Source: a bacterium
Lineage (GTDB): Bacteria > Krumholzibacteriota > Krumholzibacteriia > LZORAL124-64-63
Reading direction: 5' to 3'
DNA: 64,000 nt
Assembly: GCA_024229695.1 (NCBI GenBank)
Contig: JAAESD010000232.1
Span: 35,809 to 99,808 of the forward strand
Below, piece after piece: positions 1 to 9,233 of this stretch. The position numbers were made by a program, and so were the translations under genes. Positions within the stretch are counted from its first letter, which is position 1. Each line of letters begins with the position of its first letter. Under the pieces are notes generated by a model. That model ran no database searches. It had not been told where the DNA came from and saw only the letters and a program-made list of their open reading frames with translations.

Positions 1-1551
1 AATGCATGGAGTGGATATTCAGATGTTTCAATGCGTGTAAATATCTGGCACGACGAACAGGATGATGTTTACAGCAAAGGTGAAAGTGTAAGAGCTCATT
101 TTGAAACTAATCAAGATGCCTATGTTGTCGTCTATAGGATAGACAGCGAGGGCGAGGTTACAATATTATGGCCTCGAAGCAGGTTCGATGATGGTTCTAC
201 TTATTCAGGACATACCTATAATCTTCCTGCACCGGGAGCTCCCAGAATCAGGGCTGGTAGCGAAAATGGTGTAGAGTATATTGAGGCAATTCTGTCCGCT
301 TATCCTTTTGATTTGCGAGAGCTCCAAGTCGATTTTCATCATGAAAATCTGGATGTCCAGTGGGATTATTATGTCGCTGGCGATCCATTTTTGGCAATCA
401 ATGAGGTCAACTTTGCTGTAACTGGTCTTGAAGATCCTGAAGATTACATAGTAACAAATTATACAAGTTACTATGTGGGCAGGGAAGTAGAGCACCCTAG
501 ATACCTATGTACTCAGTGTCATGATGTGAACCAATACCACCCATATAGAGACAATTGCCATATTAACGTTCATTACGATTATGGTTGGGATAATGATTGG
601 TATGTCAGCTATGGATTCTATCCAGCTTATTACTATCCAGTTTATTATTATGTCGATCCTTGGACATCAAGACCATGGGTTAACTATTGGTACAATCCTT
701 GGTATTACTGGCCATCGTCTGGTTATGCCTGGGGTTGGGATTATTACGCATGGAACTATTCTCCATACTGGAATGGCGGAGCTTATGTCCGATATAAAGA
801 AGCGGACAGACGTTATCGGCCAATTAGCAAATCTACAAGATACAGCAAAACTAGTGCAGATAGGCTGAGTAGAATACCGAAGAAAATGATGAAAGATGGG
901 CGCCCATCTAAAACAATGAAAGATAAGATGGAGCGCAAATTGGCTCAATCTAAAACTGAACAGACCAGAGGCACAAAACTGGGATACAAAAATACTGGGC
1001 GTAGCCTCCATTCCTATACGCCAATTGTACGAAGCCAAAACAGTCCAGCTTCAACACCTGGAATCAGAGTTCCAGATAGAATTCAAACTACAACTGGATC
1101 CTCAGTAAAAATTCGTGGAAATAGTGGCGGAATTCGTACTAACAATAATACCGATCAACGCTACATTCGACCTGACTCTGGTACCAGAAACAGTGAAAGG
1201 CCTGTTGTTAAACCTTTAGAGCCCAGAACACGCGGGGACAGGATTTGGACTGGCAATAGCACTAAGCAAAAACCTAAAGCGAGACCAAAAACGTCAACTA
1301 CTCGCAGTTCAACTGTCAAGAGTAGCAGTAAACCGAAAAAGTCTTCGGATAGCACAGTAAAAAAGAGCAGTTCCAATACTTCAAGAAGTAAATCTAGCAC
1401 TGTAAAAAAGAGCAGTTCTAATACTTCAAGAAGTAAGTCCAGCTCTGTAAAAAATAACAGTTCCAGTAGGTCCGGGAGCTCATCTCACAGTAAGTCGTCG
1501 GGTAAATCCAGCGACAGTGGGAGCCGGACTGGAAGCAGGTCACGCCGATAA
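1..1551 (+). CDS. Hypothetical protein, 5'-partial (the frame is open from base 1). It has a DUF4384-like N-terminal region (YVVVYRIDSEGEVTILWP), a Tyr/Trp-rich low-complexity segment, and a highly basic Ser/Thr/Lys/Arg-rich repetitive tail
   Basis: ORF 31..1551 has no in-frame stop between base 1 and 31. The composition is striking: a YYYPVYYYVDPW...WYYWPSSGYAWGWDYYAW segment is followed by a repeated STVKKSSSNTSRSKSS C-terminus. Confidence 0.6.
   Translation, partial: NAWSGYSDVSMRVNIWHDEQDDVYSKGESVRAHFETNQDAYVVVYRIDSEGEVTILWPRSRFDDGSTYSGHTYNLPAPGAPRIRAGSENGVEYIEAILSAYPFDLRELQVDFHHENLDVQWDYYVAGDPFLAINEVNFAVTGLEDPEDYIVTNYTSYYVGREVEHPRYLCTQCHDVNQYHPYRDNCHINVHYDYGWDNDWYVSYGFYPAYYYPVYYYVDPWTSRPWVNYWYNPWYYWPSSGYAWGWDYYAWNYSPYWNGGAYVRYKEADRRYRPISKSTRYSKTSADRLSRIPKKMMKDGRPSKTMKDKMERKLAQSKTEQTRGTKLGYKNTGRSLHSYTPIVRSQNSPASTPGIRVPDRIQTTTGSSVKIRGNSGGIRTNNNTDQRYIRPDSGTRNSERPVVKPLEPRTRGDRIWTGNSTKQKPKARPKTSTTRSSTVKSSSKPKKSSDSTVKKSSSNTSRSKSSTVKKSSSNTSRSKSSSVKNNSSSRSGSSSHSKSSGKSSDSGSRTGSRSRR
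1351..1473 (+). repeat. 45-bp tandem repeat, about 2.7 copies, encoding the STVKKSSSNTSRSKS protein repeat
   Basis: The units agcacagtaaaaaagagcagttccaatacttcaagaagtaaatct, agcactgtaaaaaagagcagttctaatacttcaagaagtaagtcc and agctctgtaaaaaataacagttccagtagg are read directly from the sequence. Confidence 0.7.
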
Positions 1552-1750
1552 GGTGTGCCTGTCGTTGGTATAACTTTCCCCCCATTGTGGCCGGGTGGCA
1601 AGTGGAAGCAGGAATCTTGAAAAGGTTGGCGCCTGAGATTTCAGTTAAAGCAGGTTGGCCGGTTAGTTACCAACGAATGAGGCAGATGGGTCGGATTCTA
1701 GATTGCAACTCAGGGGTGCAATCTGGATATCTGGCCCTGAAGCCATTTAA

Positions 1751-1779
1751 TTGACGACATTAGCCTACAGGCCTATAAT
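1751..1779 (+). promoter_or_regulatory. Sigma-70-type promoter: TTGACG, 17-nt spacer, TATAAT
   Basis: TTGACG lies at 1751-1756 and TATAAT at 1774-1779. This is about 45 nt upstream of the 1823 start codon. Confidence 0.45.
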
Positions 1780-1822
1780 TCCCATTCTGTCGTGACACAG
1801 TTTTTTTTTGGAAGGCTACACC

Positions 1823-4800
1823 ATGTTGAGGAAGTTCCTCACTTTATCGGTACATGTAATTTTGTTGGCTGTTATGGTTAAGCCTGTAATATCAGCTCAG
1901 ATTGTCAGCCCTGGCGATCTTTTAAATAATTCAGTAGATAGAGCTGAACTTTCTGCAAAAGTTGATATTGGTAAAAAACTTTGGCAGAGTAAACCTTCAG
2001 TTGTCCAACATCAGAGATTGAATGGACGTAGTGCTCCTGATTCTCTTCATGCAATTATTCTGATATGTGATTTTCAAGACTATAAATTTTATGGTCAATG
2101 GGATGAAATGGATCAGGACCTTCTGCTAAACCCTTATGGTGATTTTTATTATACTGCTCATGACTCTTTATACTATGGAAACCAATTTGCTAATGTTGCG
2201 ACATATTTTGATGAAGTAAGTGGAAGCCAATTTACTCTCGATTATGATGTCTGCGGGACTGTAGCAACTCTACCAAATGACATGGGGTGGTATGGCAATC
2301 ATCCTGATGAAGGGGAACAACGATTCCTTCTAGTACAGCATACAGTTGAGATCCTGGATCAATATGTAGATTTTTCAAATTACGATACGGTAATTCTGGT
2401 GCATGCCGACGCTGGTGAAGAGACCGATGTTAATGGTGATTCACCGGAGCAGATTCATAGTAGCTATCTTGGTGAAGCTGATTTTGAAGAAGCTTATGAT
2501 GACACAATTTTAACTCAACCTTGGATTGAAACAGCTGACGATGCAATCGTTAACAAGGTTTTAGTTTTGCCTGAATATGAATTCCAGGATTTTGATCATC
2601 CTTATGGTGGTCCAACAGGGTCACTTGGCGTTTATTGCTTTGTGGTTGGACAAAGATTGGGAATGCTGCCCCTATTTGACCCAACTCCTGGAGGAAGTCC
2701 CGACAGTGCTGGGATTGGCAATTTTGGTCTAATGGGATATGGATTGTTTTTAGGTGGTGGTTTGATTCCTTCTCATCCGTGTGCTTACAATAAAGTTCTT
2801 ATGGGCTGGCTTGAACCTTACACTGTTCTCCCAAATCAAGTTGAAGAGCTCTTTTATCTATTTCCAGCAGAGCATCCAGGGGTTAATACCTGTGCTAGAG
2901 TCGAGATTTCAAGTAGTGAATATTTTCTATTGGAATATCGATTGCAAGATCCTGATGACAATGGCATTTTCTCATTTGGCGATGATAAAAACAGTAATGG
3001 TATTCCCGACTTTTACGATGTAAGTGAGCCTGGTGGTCTCCCTACCTGGGGAGTCAGTTTTTTTGATGCCACTGAAGATTCAATAGAAACACTGGTTGGC
3101 AGTGAATTCGATTTCTTTATGAGTGATAATACTGGAAGACCTGAAGGAGTAAAGGGTGCAGGCAGTGGAATCTATATCTGGCATATCGATGAATGGGTGA
3201 TAAACAATATTATTCAGTCTGGTAGTAGTGCTTTCAATGGAGATTCCCAGCGCAAAGCTGTAGACTTGGAAGAGGCTGACGGGATTCAGGACTTGGATGC
3301 CATGCGAGGAATCTATGTTTTGGGTGGTGACTATGATAGCTACCGTCAGGAAGACTATTCCTCATTTACGCCGGAAACTCTTCCCAATACAGATACCGCT
3401 GGGGGAGTTAGAACTGGAATTGTAATTGACAATATTTCTGCACTTGCTGATTCGATGACGTTTAATTGCTCAATTGTCAGTACAGATTCTCCAATCGAAT
3501 TAATAAGTGATATACAAATGCCAGGAATTGATTTGTCTGGCTGTCATCTGCTTGCGGTAGATCTCGATAATAATGGGACTCTTGAAATAATTACTACTGC
3601 TGGCAATACTGTGTATGCATTCAATGCTGATGGCTCAGAATATTTCACCGTAACTGTTGACGATGTAAATGATGAAGAGGTTGCTTGGTCGGGCTCTCCA
3701 GCAGCGGGTGATTTTAATAATGATGGATACTCGGAGATTGTATTGTCATCAAATGTGGGTGTATTTGCCTTTGATAGAGAAGGTGTTTGGACACTTTTAT
3801 ATGAAATGGATGACTGCCCATTACCTCCAATGCTAACTGATACTGGTTCAATTGTTGTTGTTGAGTATCAGGAATTATTAGATGAATATCGGTTATTGAT
3901 AATTGGGCACGAAGGTGAAAGATTATGGTCGTTGATAATGCCGGCAGGTGTCGTTACCGGAGTTCCACCAGTTCTTTGGGATGATTACATTGTTTTGCCG
4001 ATTTCTGATGAGGAAGCCGGAAGCTCAGTGTTAATTTGCAGGCCCGAAGAAAGCCATATACTTGATTTGCCAGTAGAAGTTTGTGGTTACCAGATGTATT
4101 GCAATAGTGAGCAGCTGTTTATTCCACTTGACCAAGGGGCTTTGGCAACTGTCTTTAAAGATAATCTCCAGGAAGTTGTTCTCTGGGAAAACAGGGTTGA
4201 TGTTGCCTCCTCTATTGCACCTGGTTTGTTCTTCACAAGTAATGATGTTTTTGCATCTACAGGTCAGAGCGGTCACTATCAGGTTGGATGGCCAGCTCGT
4301 CCAAGATCAGCAATAACTGCAACTGATTTCGATAATTCTCCAACTCCCTTGGTTTATACTGATTTAGCTGGAAATGAATTTGTATTGTTTACAAGCAGTG
4401 ACGGCAGGTTGTTTTTGTACGATAAGTATGGTGGGCTGGTTGATGGCTGGCCCCTGGCAGGTGCTGGCACTCCAGCGGGGACTGCTATACTTGTAGATAT
4501 AGATTCAGATTCTGTACTGGAACTAGTTGTTGCAAGTGCTACAAATAGATTGTCTGCTTCAATTGGTGAAGAGTCTATTGGGGAACTTGTTTCAAGGCTC
4601 ATGTTTTACAGGTTAACAGGAACTGATGGGTTTACTAGTAAGTGGTCGATGTCCGGAGGCAGTCCAACAAGAAGTGGATTCAATGTTGAAACTGGCGAAT
4701 CTGGTGATGGATTAATTGAACTGGAATCAGTTGTTTGCTATCCATCTCCATTAACATCGGGTACTTTATTTGTTAGAGCAGAATCATTGGGAGAGTGTGA

Positions 4801-4996
4801 CTTTCAGGCTGTACTTTACAATCTCGAAGGTGAAGAGGTTGCTCGAAGTGATGTACGAAATGTATCTGGTGTTGAACCAGTGGAAGTTGAACTCGTTGTT
4901 GACCATATCGCATCTGGGTTGTATGTGTGTCGTGTTATTGCCAGCGATGGTGATGTCACTAAGGTTTTAGTTAAATCTGTAGCGGTTGCCAGATAG
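1823..4996 (+). CDS. Large secreted M6 (immune-inhibitor-A-like) metalloprotease-family homologue with a degenerate zinc site, FG-GAP/beta-propeller-like repeats and a T9SS C-terminal sorting domain
   Basis: An N-terminal signal peptide (LLAVMVKPVISAQ) is present. An M6-like block (VILVHADAGEETD ... GVYCFVVGQRLGMLPLFD ... NKVLMGWLEP) sits where InhA proteins carry HEXXHxxGxxD. FG-GAP-like repeats include DLDNNGTLEIITTAG and AGDFNNDGYSEIVLSS. The C-terminus (CYPSPLTSGTLFV...GLYVCRVIASDGDVTKVLVKSV) resembles a T9SS sorting domain. The ATG at 1823 is preferred over the TTG at 1808 because of the SD sequence ggaagg. Confidence 0.7.
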   Translation: MLRKFLTLSVHVILLAVMVKPVISAQIVSPGDLLNNSVDRAELSAKVDIGKKLWQSKPSVVQHQRLNGRSAPDSLHAIILICDFQDYKFYGQWDEMDQDLLLNPYGDFYYTAHDSLYYGNQFANVATYFDEVSGSQFTLDYDVCGTVATLPNDMGWYGNHPDEGEQRFLLVQHTVEILDQYVDFSNYDTVILVHADAGEETDVNGDSPEQIHSSYLGEADFEEAYDDTILTQPWIETADDAIVNKVLVLPEYEFQDFDHPYGGPTGSLGVYCFVVGQRLGMLPLFDPTPGGSPDSAGIGNFGLMGYGLFLGGGLIPSHPCAYNKVLMGWLEPYTVLPNQVEELFYLFPAEHPGVNTCARVEISSSEYFLLEYRLQDPDDNGIFSFGDDKNSNGIPDFYDVSEPGGLPTWGVSFFDATEDSIETLVGSEFDFFMSDNTGRPEGVKGAGSGIYIWHIDEWVINNIIQSGSSAFNGDSQRKAVDLEEADGIQDLDAMRGIYVLGGDYDSYRQEDYSSFTPETLPNTDTAGGVRTGIVIDNISALADSMTFNCSIVSTDSPIELISDIQMPGIDLSGCHLLAVDLDNNGTLEIITTAGNTVYAFNADGSEYFTVTVDDVNDEEVAWSGSPAAGDFNNDGYSEIVLSSNVGVFAFDREGVWTLLYEMDDCPLPPMLTDTGSIVVVEYQELLDEYRLLIIGHEGERLWSLIMPAGVVTGVPPVLWDDYIVLPISDEEAGSSVLICRPEESHILDLPVEVCGYQMYCNSEQLFIPLDQGALATVFKDNLQEVVLWENRVDVASSIAPGLFFTSNDVFASTGQSGHYQVGWPARPRSAITATDFDNSPTPLVYTDLAGNEFVLFTSSDGRLFLYDKYGGLVDGWPLAGAGTPAGTAILVDIDSDSVLELVVASATNRLSASIGEESIGELVSRLMFYRLTGTDGFTSKWSMSGGSPTRSGFNVETGESGDGLIELESVVCYPSPLTSGTLFVRAESLGECDFQAVLYNLEGEEVARSDVRNVSGVEPVEVELVVDHIASGLYVCRVIASDGDVTKVLVKSVAVAR

Positions 4997-5021
4997 AAAG
5001 CAACTTAAGAGAGGAATAGAG

Positions 5022-5936
5022 ATGTTTCGAAGTAAAGAATCTTTCATTGCATTGCTGATGTTAGTTGTAGTTGCGCTTCCGTTTGTACAAGCTGAGGCTG
5101 GTGAGCCAGGTGAATCTGGGTTTCTTTCACTGCGTTTGCCTGTGGGAGCAAGAGAAACGGCTATGGGTGGTGCAGGTGTTGCATCGGCAACAGGAGCATC
5201 AGCAGTTTTCTGGAATCCTGCATTAGCCGCATTTGAAGCAACAGGGACGGACTTGTTATTACAGCACCAGCGCTGGCTGGGACTTTTTGATAAGGAAACA
5301 CTGTTGGTTTCTCATCGTAATTCTTTGGGTAATTTTGGGTTTATATTCTCTGGTATTTATTCTGATGATATCGGCCGTTACGGAGAAGAATCTGTGGGAA
5401 TTCAGGAAGGCAGCTTTAACCCTTATCAGGTTGCGATTGGTTTGTCATATTCCAGGACAATTACAGATGCACTGGCTGCTGGATTGACTGTTAAATTTCT
5501 GCATGAAGAAATTGATGTTTATGGTGGCAGTGGATTTGCTTTTGATTTTTCTCTGGCACATAAAGCCATTGTTGATGGCTTATGGTTTGGCGCATCGTTG
5601 ACGAATATGGGATCAGATATAACTCTGGATACTGAACCATATAGATTGCCAACTGCACTGAGAGTTGGATTTGGATATGATGTTCTCAGTAGCATGACTA
5701 TTGCTGGCGATGTAGTCGTTCCAAACGATGGCAATGAAAAAGCACATATTGGAGCTGAGTACAGAATATTTTCAGTATTTGCTTTGAGAGCAGGGACCAA
5801 GATTAATTATGAATCGCAAGGTTTTACCGCTGGCGCAGGGTTTACAAGAGGACAAATGATAGTTGGCTATGCTTTTGAAGATATGATTAACGATTTAGAT
5901 CCTTCACACCGCTTTTCAATTGAGATGCGATACTAG
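5022..5936 (+). CDS. PorV/PorQ-family (T9SS-associated, FadL-like) outer-membrane beta-barrel protein
   Basis: A signal peptide is followed by the motif LSLRLPVGARETAMGGAGVASATGASAVFWNPALAAF, which is typical of the PorV/PorQ family. The C-terminus is aromatic (EMRY). The gene lies 25 nt downstream of the T9SS cargo gene. The start at 5022 is preferred because of the SD sequence agagagga. Confidence 0.55.
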   Translation: MFRSKESFIALLMLVVVALPFVQAEAGEPGESGFLSLRLPVGARETAMGGAGVASATGASAVFWNPALAAFEATGTDLLLQHQRWLGLFDKETLLVSHRNSLGNFGFIFSGIYSDDIGRYGEESVGIQEGSFNPYQVAIGLSYSRTITDALAAGLTVKFLHEEIDVYGGSGFAFDFSLAHKAIVDGLWFGASLTNMGSDITLDTEPYRLPTALRVGFGYDVLSSMTIAGDVVVPNDGNEKAHIGAEYRIFSVFALRAGTKINYESQGFTAGAGFTRGQMIVGYAFEDMINDLDPSHRFSIEMRY

Positions 5937-5939
5937 AGA

Positions 5940-6689
5940 TTAAACAGGGTCGGAGTCATCTGCGAAATCATGCAGACTGATCCGGCCCTCTTTCCACAGT
6001 CCGTAACTTTCTGATCCTATCCAGCTGCCAAGTGAGACCAGCTTCTTTTTCTGGTTCTCAATTATCATTGGATGATGGATGTGCCCCATAAGCAGGATGT
6101 CCCAGTCGCCTTCAAGGGAAGATAGCTTCTTTTCTGCCTTTCTCTCAATTTCCGGAATTTCATCGCGCGAAGCCTTGCGGCTAGTGCCACTAAGCCACTT
6201 GGAAAAGAGGTAGAGCAGTTCAGGGTGTAGTGATTTGGCCAGGAAAATTCCAAGCCTGGTACGGACAATCTTGCGAAAACCACTGTACAGGAAATCTTTT
6301 CCCAATAAACCATCGCCATGAATTAAGCGAATGACTGTATCACCTAAATGGATGTTTTGTGCCTCTGCAGATTCAGGAGTGCTGTATCTTTTATGGAAAT
6401 AGGCGGCTGCCCAGATGTCGTGATTGCCACCTATGAATCTCAGTTTTGTTCCTGCAGCACAGACTTCATCCAGTTTTTCAAGAATGGAATCATATCCACG
6501 AAGTCTGAAATGAGGGTAATCAAACCAGAAATCGAAAATGTCTCCCAGGAGGATAAGCTCGTCAACTTGCTTACTCATATCTAAAAATTTGAGGAAGTGT
6601 TTGACTTTGATTTCTTCTTTTTTGTCGGGTACCAGATGAAAGTGAGTGTCCCCAACAAAAAGGCACGTTTTAGTTTTTTCATTGTACAT
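5940..6689 (-). CDS. lpxH: UDP-2,3-diacylglucosamine diphosphatase (LpxH)-like calcineurin-type phosphoesterase
   Basis: Metallophosphatase motifs FVGDTHFH, LGDIFDFW and GGNHDIW are in LpxH-like order. The length is 249 aa. Confidence 0.65.
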   Translation of the reverse strand: MYNEKTKTCLFVGDTHFHLVPDKKEEIKVKHFLKFLDMSKQVDELILLGDIFDFWFDYPHFRLRGYDSILEKLDEVCAAGTKLRFIGGNHDIWAAAYFHKRYSTPESAEAQNIHLGDTVIRLIHGDGLLGKDFLYSGFRKIVRTRLGIFLAKSLHPELLYLFSKWLSGTSRKASRDEIPEIERKAEKKLSSLEGDWDILLMGHIHHPMIIENQKKKLVSLGSWIGSESYGLWKEGRISLHDFADDSDPV

Positions 6690-6745
6690 AATTAGAACTT
6701 ATTATATGAAATAACGTATTACGGCAAGAGGATTTTCTAAATAAC

Positions 6746-7132
6746 TTGAGGGAGCAGAAAAAAATGTCACTTTTTGATGAAGTAAAACGCAATTTGGTTG
6801 AGTGGTATGGAGTAGCCGCTGACAAAACTGGAGTAGCCGCAAAGGTTGGAGCTCGCAAGTATGATATCTTTGGCATTAGCAGAGATATCGAACGTCAGTT
6901 CAGTGAAATAGGTGATATTGTCTATAATGGCATAGAGTCCGATCGTTCAGACATTCTGGAAGATCCTGTGTTGTTGGAACTTGTTGAAAAAGTACGCAAG
7001 CTTGAAAAAGAGATGGCATCCAAGCAAGCTGAAATTGCCGATATAAAAACGGCTGATAGTGAAATAGAGTCAGATGAAGTTGAAGAAATTGTTGTTGAGA
7101 TAGTTGATGAGAAACCTGTTGACAGCGAATAG
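6746..7132 (+). CDS. Small acidic hypothetical protein (128 aa)
   Basis: An ORF with the SD sequence gagggag lies 8 nt upstream. It has no recognisable motif and is divergent from the lpxH-like gene. Confidence 0.45.
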   Translation: MREQKKMSLFDEVKRNLVEWYGVAADKTGVAAKVGARKYDIFGISRDIERQFSEIGDIVYNGIESDRSDILEDPVLLELVEKVRKLEKEMASKQAEIADIKTADSEIESDEVEEIVVEIVDEKPVDSE

Positions 7133-7301
7133 TGCTTTCTGATACAATCGGTTTTAGATTCCCTACTAAGTTGGCTTTGCCGGAGCTGACAAAAAACTAC
7201 CTGCTTAAATTTTGCTGTTCTCAGTAACCGTATGTTTTAACCTGTTTTACAGGTTGGTTTACCGGGTTAACGCCTGATAATCCCATGGAAGTTGAGAAAG
7301 C

Positions 7302-8150
7302 ATGAATGGAACACACATACCACAGACTCATGAAAGATCCTTGGATATCTATTTTAAGGAGATTAACAAGTTTGCGCTATTGACTCGTGAACAAGAATCT
7401 GAATGCGCCAGACAGATTAGAGAGGGAGACAATGAAGCTCTGGAATTACTTGTGCAGTCTAATCTCAGGTTTGTTGTTACGGTAGCTAAAAAGTATATGT
7501 ATCATGGATTATCACTTTCGGATTTAATTAATGAAGGCAATCTGGGGCTTATGAAAGCTGCCACCAGATTTGATGAGAAGCGTGGATTCAAGTTTATTTC
7601 TTACGCTGTGTGGTGGGTAAGGCAATCGATTTTACAGGCATTGCTTGATAGTGGCAGGATGGTTCGATTACCACAAAATCAGACCGCAGTTTTGCTGAAG
7701 ATCAATAGATCCAGAAATAAGCTGGAAAGTAGTGGTGTTGATTCTCCTAATGCTGAACAATTATCCAAGGATTCAGGAGTTGATATTAATCATGTCAGGA
7801 TTGCAATAAAGCTGGGCGGAGCGATGGTACCTTTGGATGATACCGGTTCCCAGGACAGTGAAAGACCGTTACTTGAAACTATTACTAATGATAATGATGC
7901 CACTACAGACCAGGGCGTTATGGAGAGAGTTCTTAAGGAAGATATTTTAAGCAGCCTTAGTTGTCTTACTCCTCGTGAAAAAGATATTGTAATTATGTAT
8001 TACGGGTTGGGCCATGATGAGGCAATGACTCTGGAAGCAATTGGCAAGACTCTTGGTTTAACTCGTGAGCGTATAAGGCAGATCAAAGAAAAATCGTTGG
8101 AGAAAATGCGCCAGCAGGTAGAAGTGTCTGCTCTTGTAGATTACTCTTAG
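7302..8150 (+). CDS. RNA polymerase sigma factor, sigma-70 family (short, primary or group-2-like)
   Basis: Region 2 (DLINEGNLGLMKAATRFDEKRGFKFISYAVWWVRQSI) and a region 4 helix-turn-helix (LTPREKDIVIMYYGL...TLEAIGKTLGLTRERIRQIKEKSL) are both present. Confidence 0.85.
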   Translation: MNGTHIPQTHERSLDIYFKEINKFALLTREQESECARQIREGDNEALELLVQSNLRFVVTVAKKYMYHGLSLSDLINEGNLGLMKAATRFDEKRGFKFISYAVWWVRQSILQALLDSGRMVRLPQNQTAVLLKINRSRNKLESSGVDSPNAEQLSKDSGVDINHVRIAIKLGGAMVPLDDTGSQDSERPLLETITNDNDATTDQGVMERVLKEDILSSLSCLTPREKDIVIMYYGLGHDEAMTLEAIGKTLGLTRERIRQIKEKSLEKMRQQVEVSALVDYS

Positions 8151-8177
8151 ATGCTTGTGTTGTAATGAGATTGACTT

Positions 8178-9128
8178 TTGGGCTGTTTTGAGTATCTTTG
8201 TCGTCATCTGGCAACCGAAGATGACTTTAAACGGGGCGCAATTTACTTGTTAAAGAAAAAATACAATTTTTTATACATCCCTCAGGATGAAAGCGTAACA
8301 AAACGTTTTTCTATTAAATCTGCGACGGTTGCGTACGTGGCACTTGGGCTGTTCTGCCTGTTTTTAACTTCAGGATTATATTTCTACGGTTTGACTCAAG
8401 GAGTCAGCTGGCTACCTGGTGGTTCTGCTATTCAGCATGAGAACAGCAGGCTGGTTTCTGAACTTAAGTTTCTTGGTGATCGTGTTGTTATGTTGAAAGA
8501 TGCAATTTCAGCTTCGTATATGGTTCAGGAGCAAGTGGCGCTTGTTGCCGGGATTGACCCGATGGATGAAAATGTTCGGGAAGCTGGAGTTGGTGGTAGG
8601 CAGCATGAAGTTTCTGCATCTCCATCAAGTCAATTGCATATGAGTCTGGATACGCTGCTTAGGCAGGCCAGAATTCAGCGCAGCGGTTTTGAAGCTATTC
8701 TGGATACTCTTGATGCCAGAGAGTTGGTACGCGGCCATATTCCAGCAATCAGGCCAGTTGATTCAGGTTGGCTAAGTTCTAGTTTTGGAAGACGTAATGA
8801 TCCATTTACTGGTAAATCGAAATTTCACAGAGGTCTGGATTATTCAGTACCCACTGGTACTCCAGTATTAGCTACTGCAGATGGTGTAATAAAATCAGTA
8901 CGGCATGATCGCGGTTTTGGAAAATTAATCCGAATTGATCATGGCAATGGTGTGGTTACTACTTATGCGCATTTGTCAAAATGGAATGTCAAGCAGGGTC
9001 AAGAAGTTAAGCGTGGTGACGTGATTGCTGAATCAGGAAACACCGGCCGCTCTACTGCTCCGCATATTCATTATGAAGTTGCTGTGAATGGCAGATATGT
9101 AAACCCCGGATCGTACGTAATTAATTAA
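8178..9128 (+). CDS. M23 family metallopeptidase (murein endopeptidase-like) with an N-terminal membrane anchor
   Basis: M23 motifs are present: HRGLDYSVPTGTPVLATADGVI, IDHGNGVVTTYAHLS and GNTGRSTAPHIHYEV. Confidence 0.85.
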   Translation: MGCFEYLCRHLATEDDFKRGAIYLLKKKYNFLYIPQDESVTKRFSIKSATVAYVALGLFCLFLTSGLYFYGLTQGVSWLPGGSAIQHENSRLVSELKFLGDRVVMLKDAISASYMVQEQVALVAGIDPMDENVREAGVGGRQHEVSASPSSQLHMSLDTLLRQARIQRSGFEAILDTLDARELVRGHIPAIRPVDSGWLSSSFGRRNDPFTGKSKFHRGLDYSVPTGTPVLATADGVIKSVRHDRGFGKLIRIDHGNGVVTTYAHLSKWNVKQGQEVKRGDVIAESGNTGRSTAPHIHYEVAVNGRYVNPGSYVIN

Positions 9129-9233
9129 CAGCTTTTTTCTTAGTTTTCCGTTAATCTAGGTTGCACTGTAGCTTGTCTGTGGTACTTTCTATATTGTGGT
9201 TTTTGCTATGGTTCTCGATTAAGAAAGGCAGCT

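Noticed and set aside
205-1400. Minus-strand and alternate-frame ORFs (205-495, 581-868, 667-1038, 1161-1400) inside the first gene
   Set aside because: They are fully embedded in a longer ORF with coherent composition and have no SD sequences. They are low-complexity translations and typical shadow ORFs.
2781-4970. Short ORFs of 66-82 aa in alternate frames and on the minus strand inside the M6-like gene
   Set aside because: They are embedded in a 1062-aa ORF whose homology spans the region. They have no independent signals.
1808-4996. Search for a canonical HEXXH zinc-binding motif in the M6-like protein
   Set aside because: No HEXXH is present. HEGER at about residue 700 lacks the second His and lies in the propeller region. 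The protein is therefore reported as a degenerate or pseudo-protease rather than an active peptidase.
7133-7301. Possible promoter and hairpin (aacctg-tttta-caggtt at about 7243-7259) upstream of the sigma factor gene
   Set aside because: The hairpin is short and not followed by a T-run. TTGACA at about 7186 lacks a convincing -10 element at proper spacing. This is too weak to annotate.
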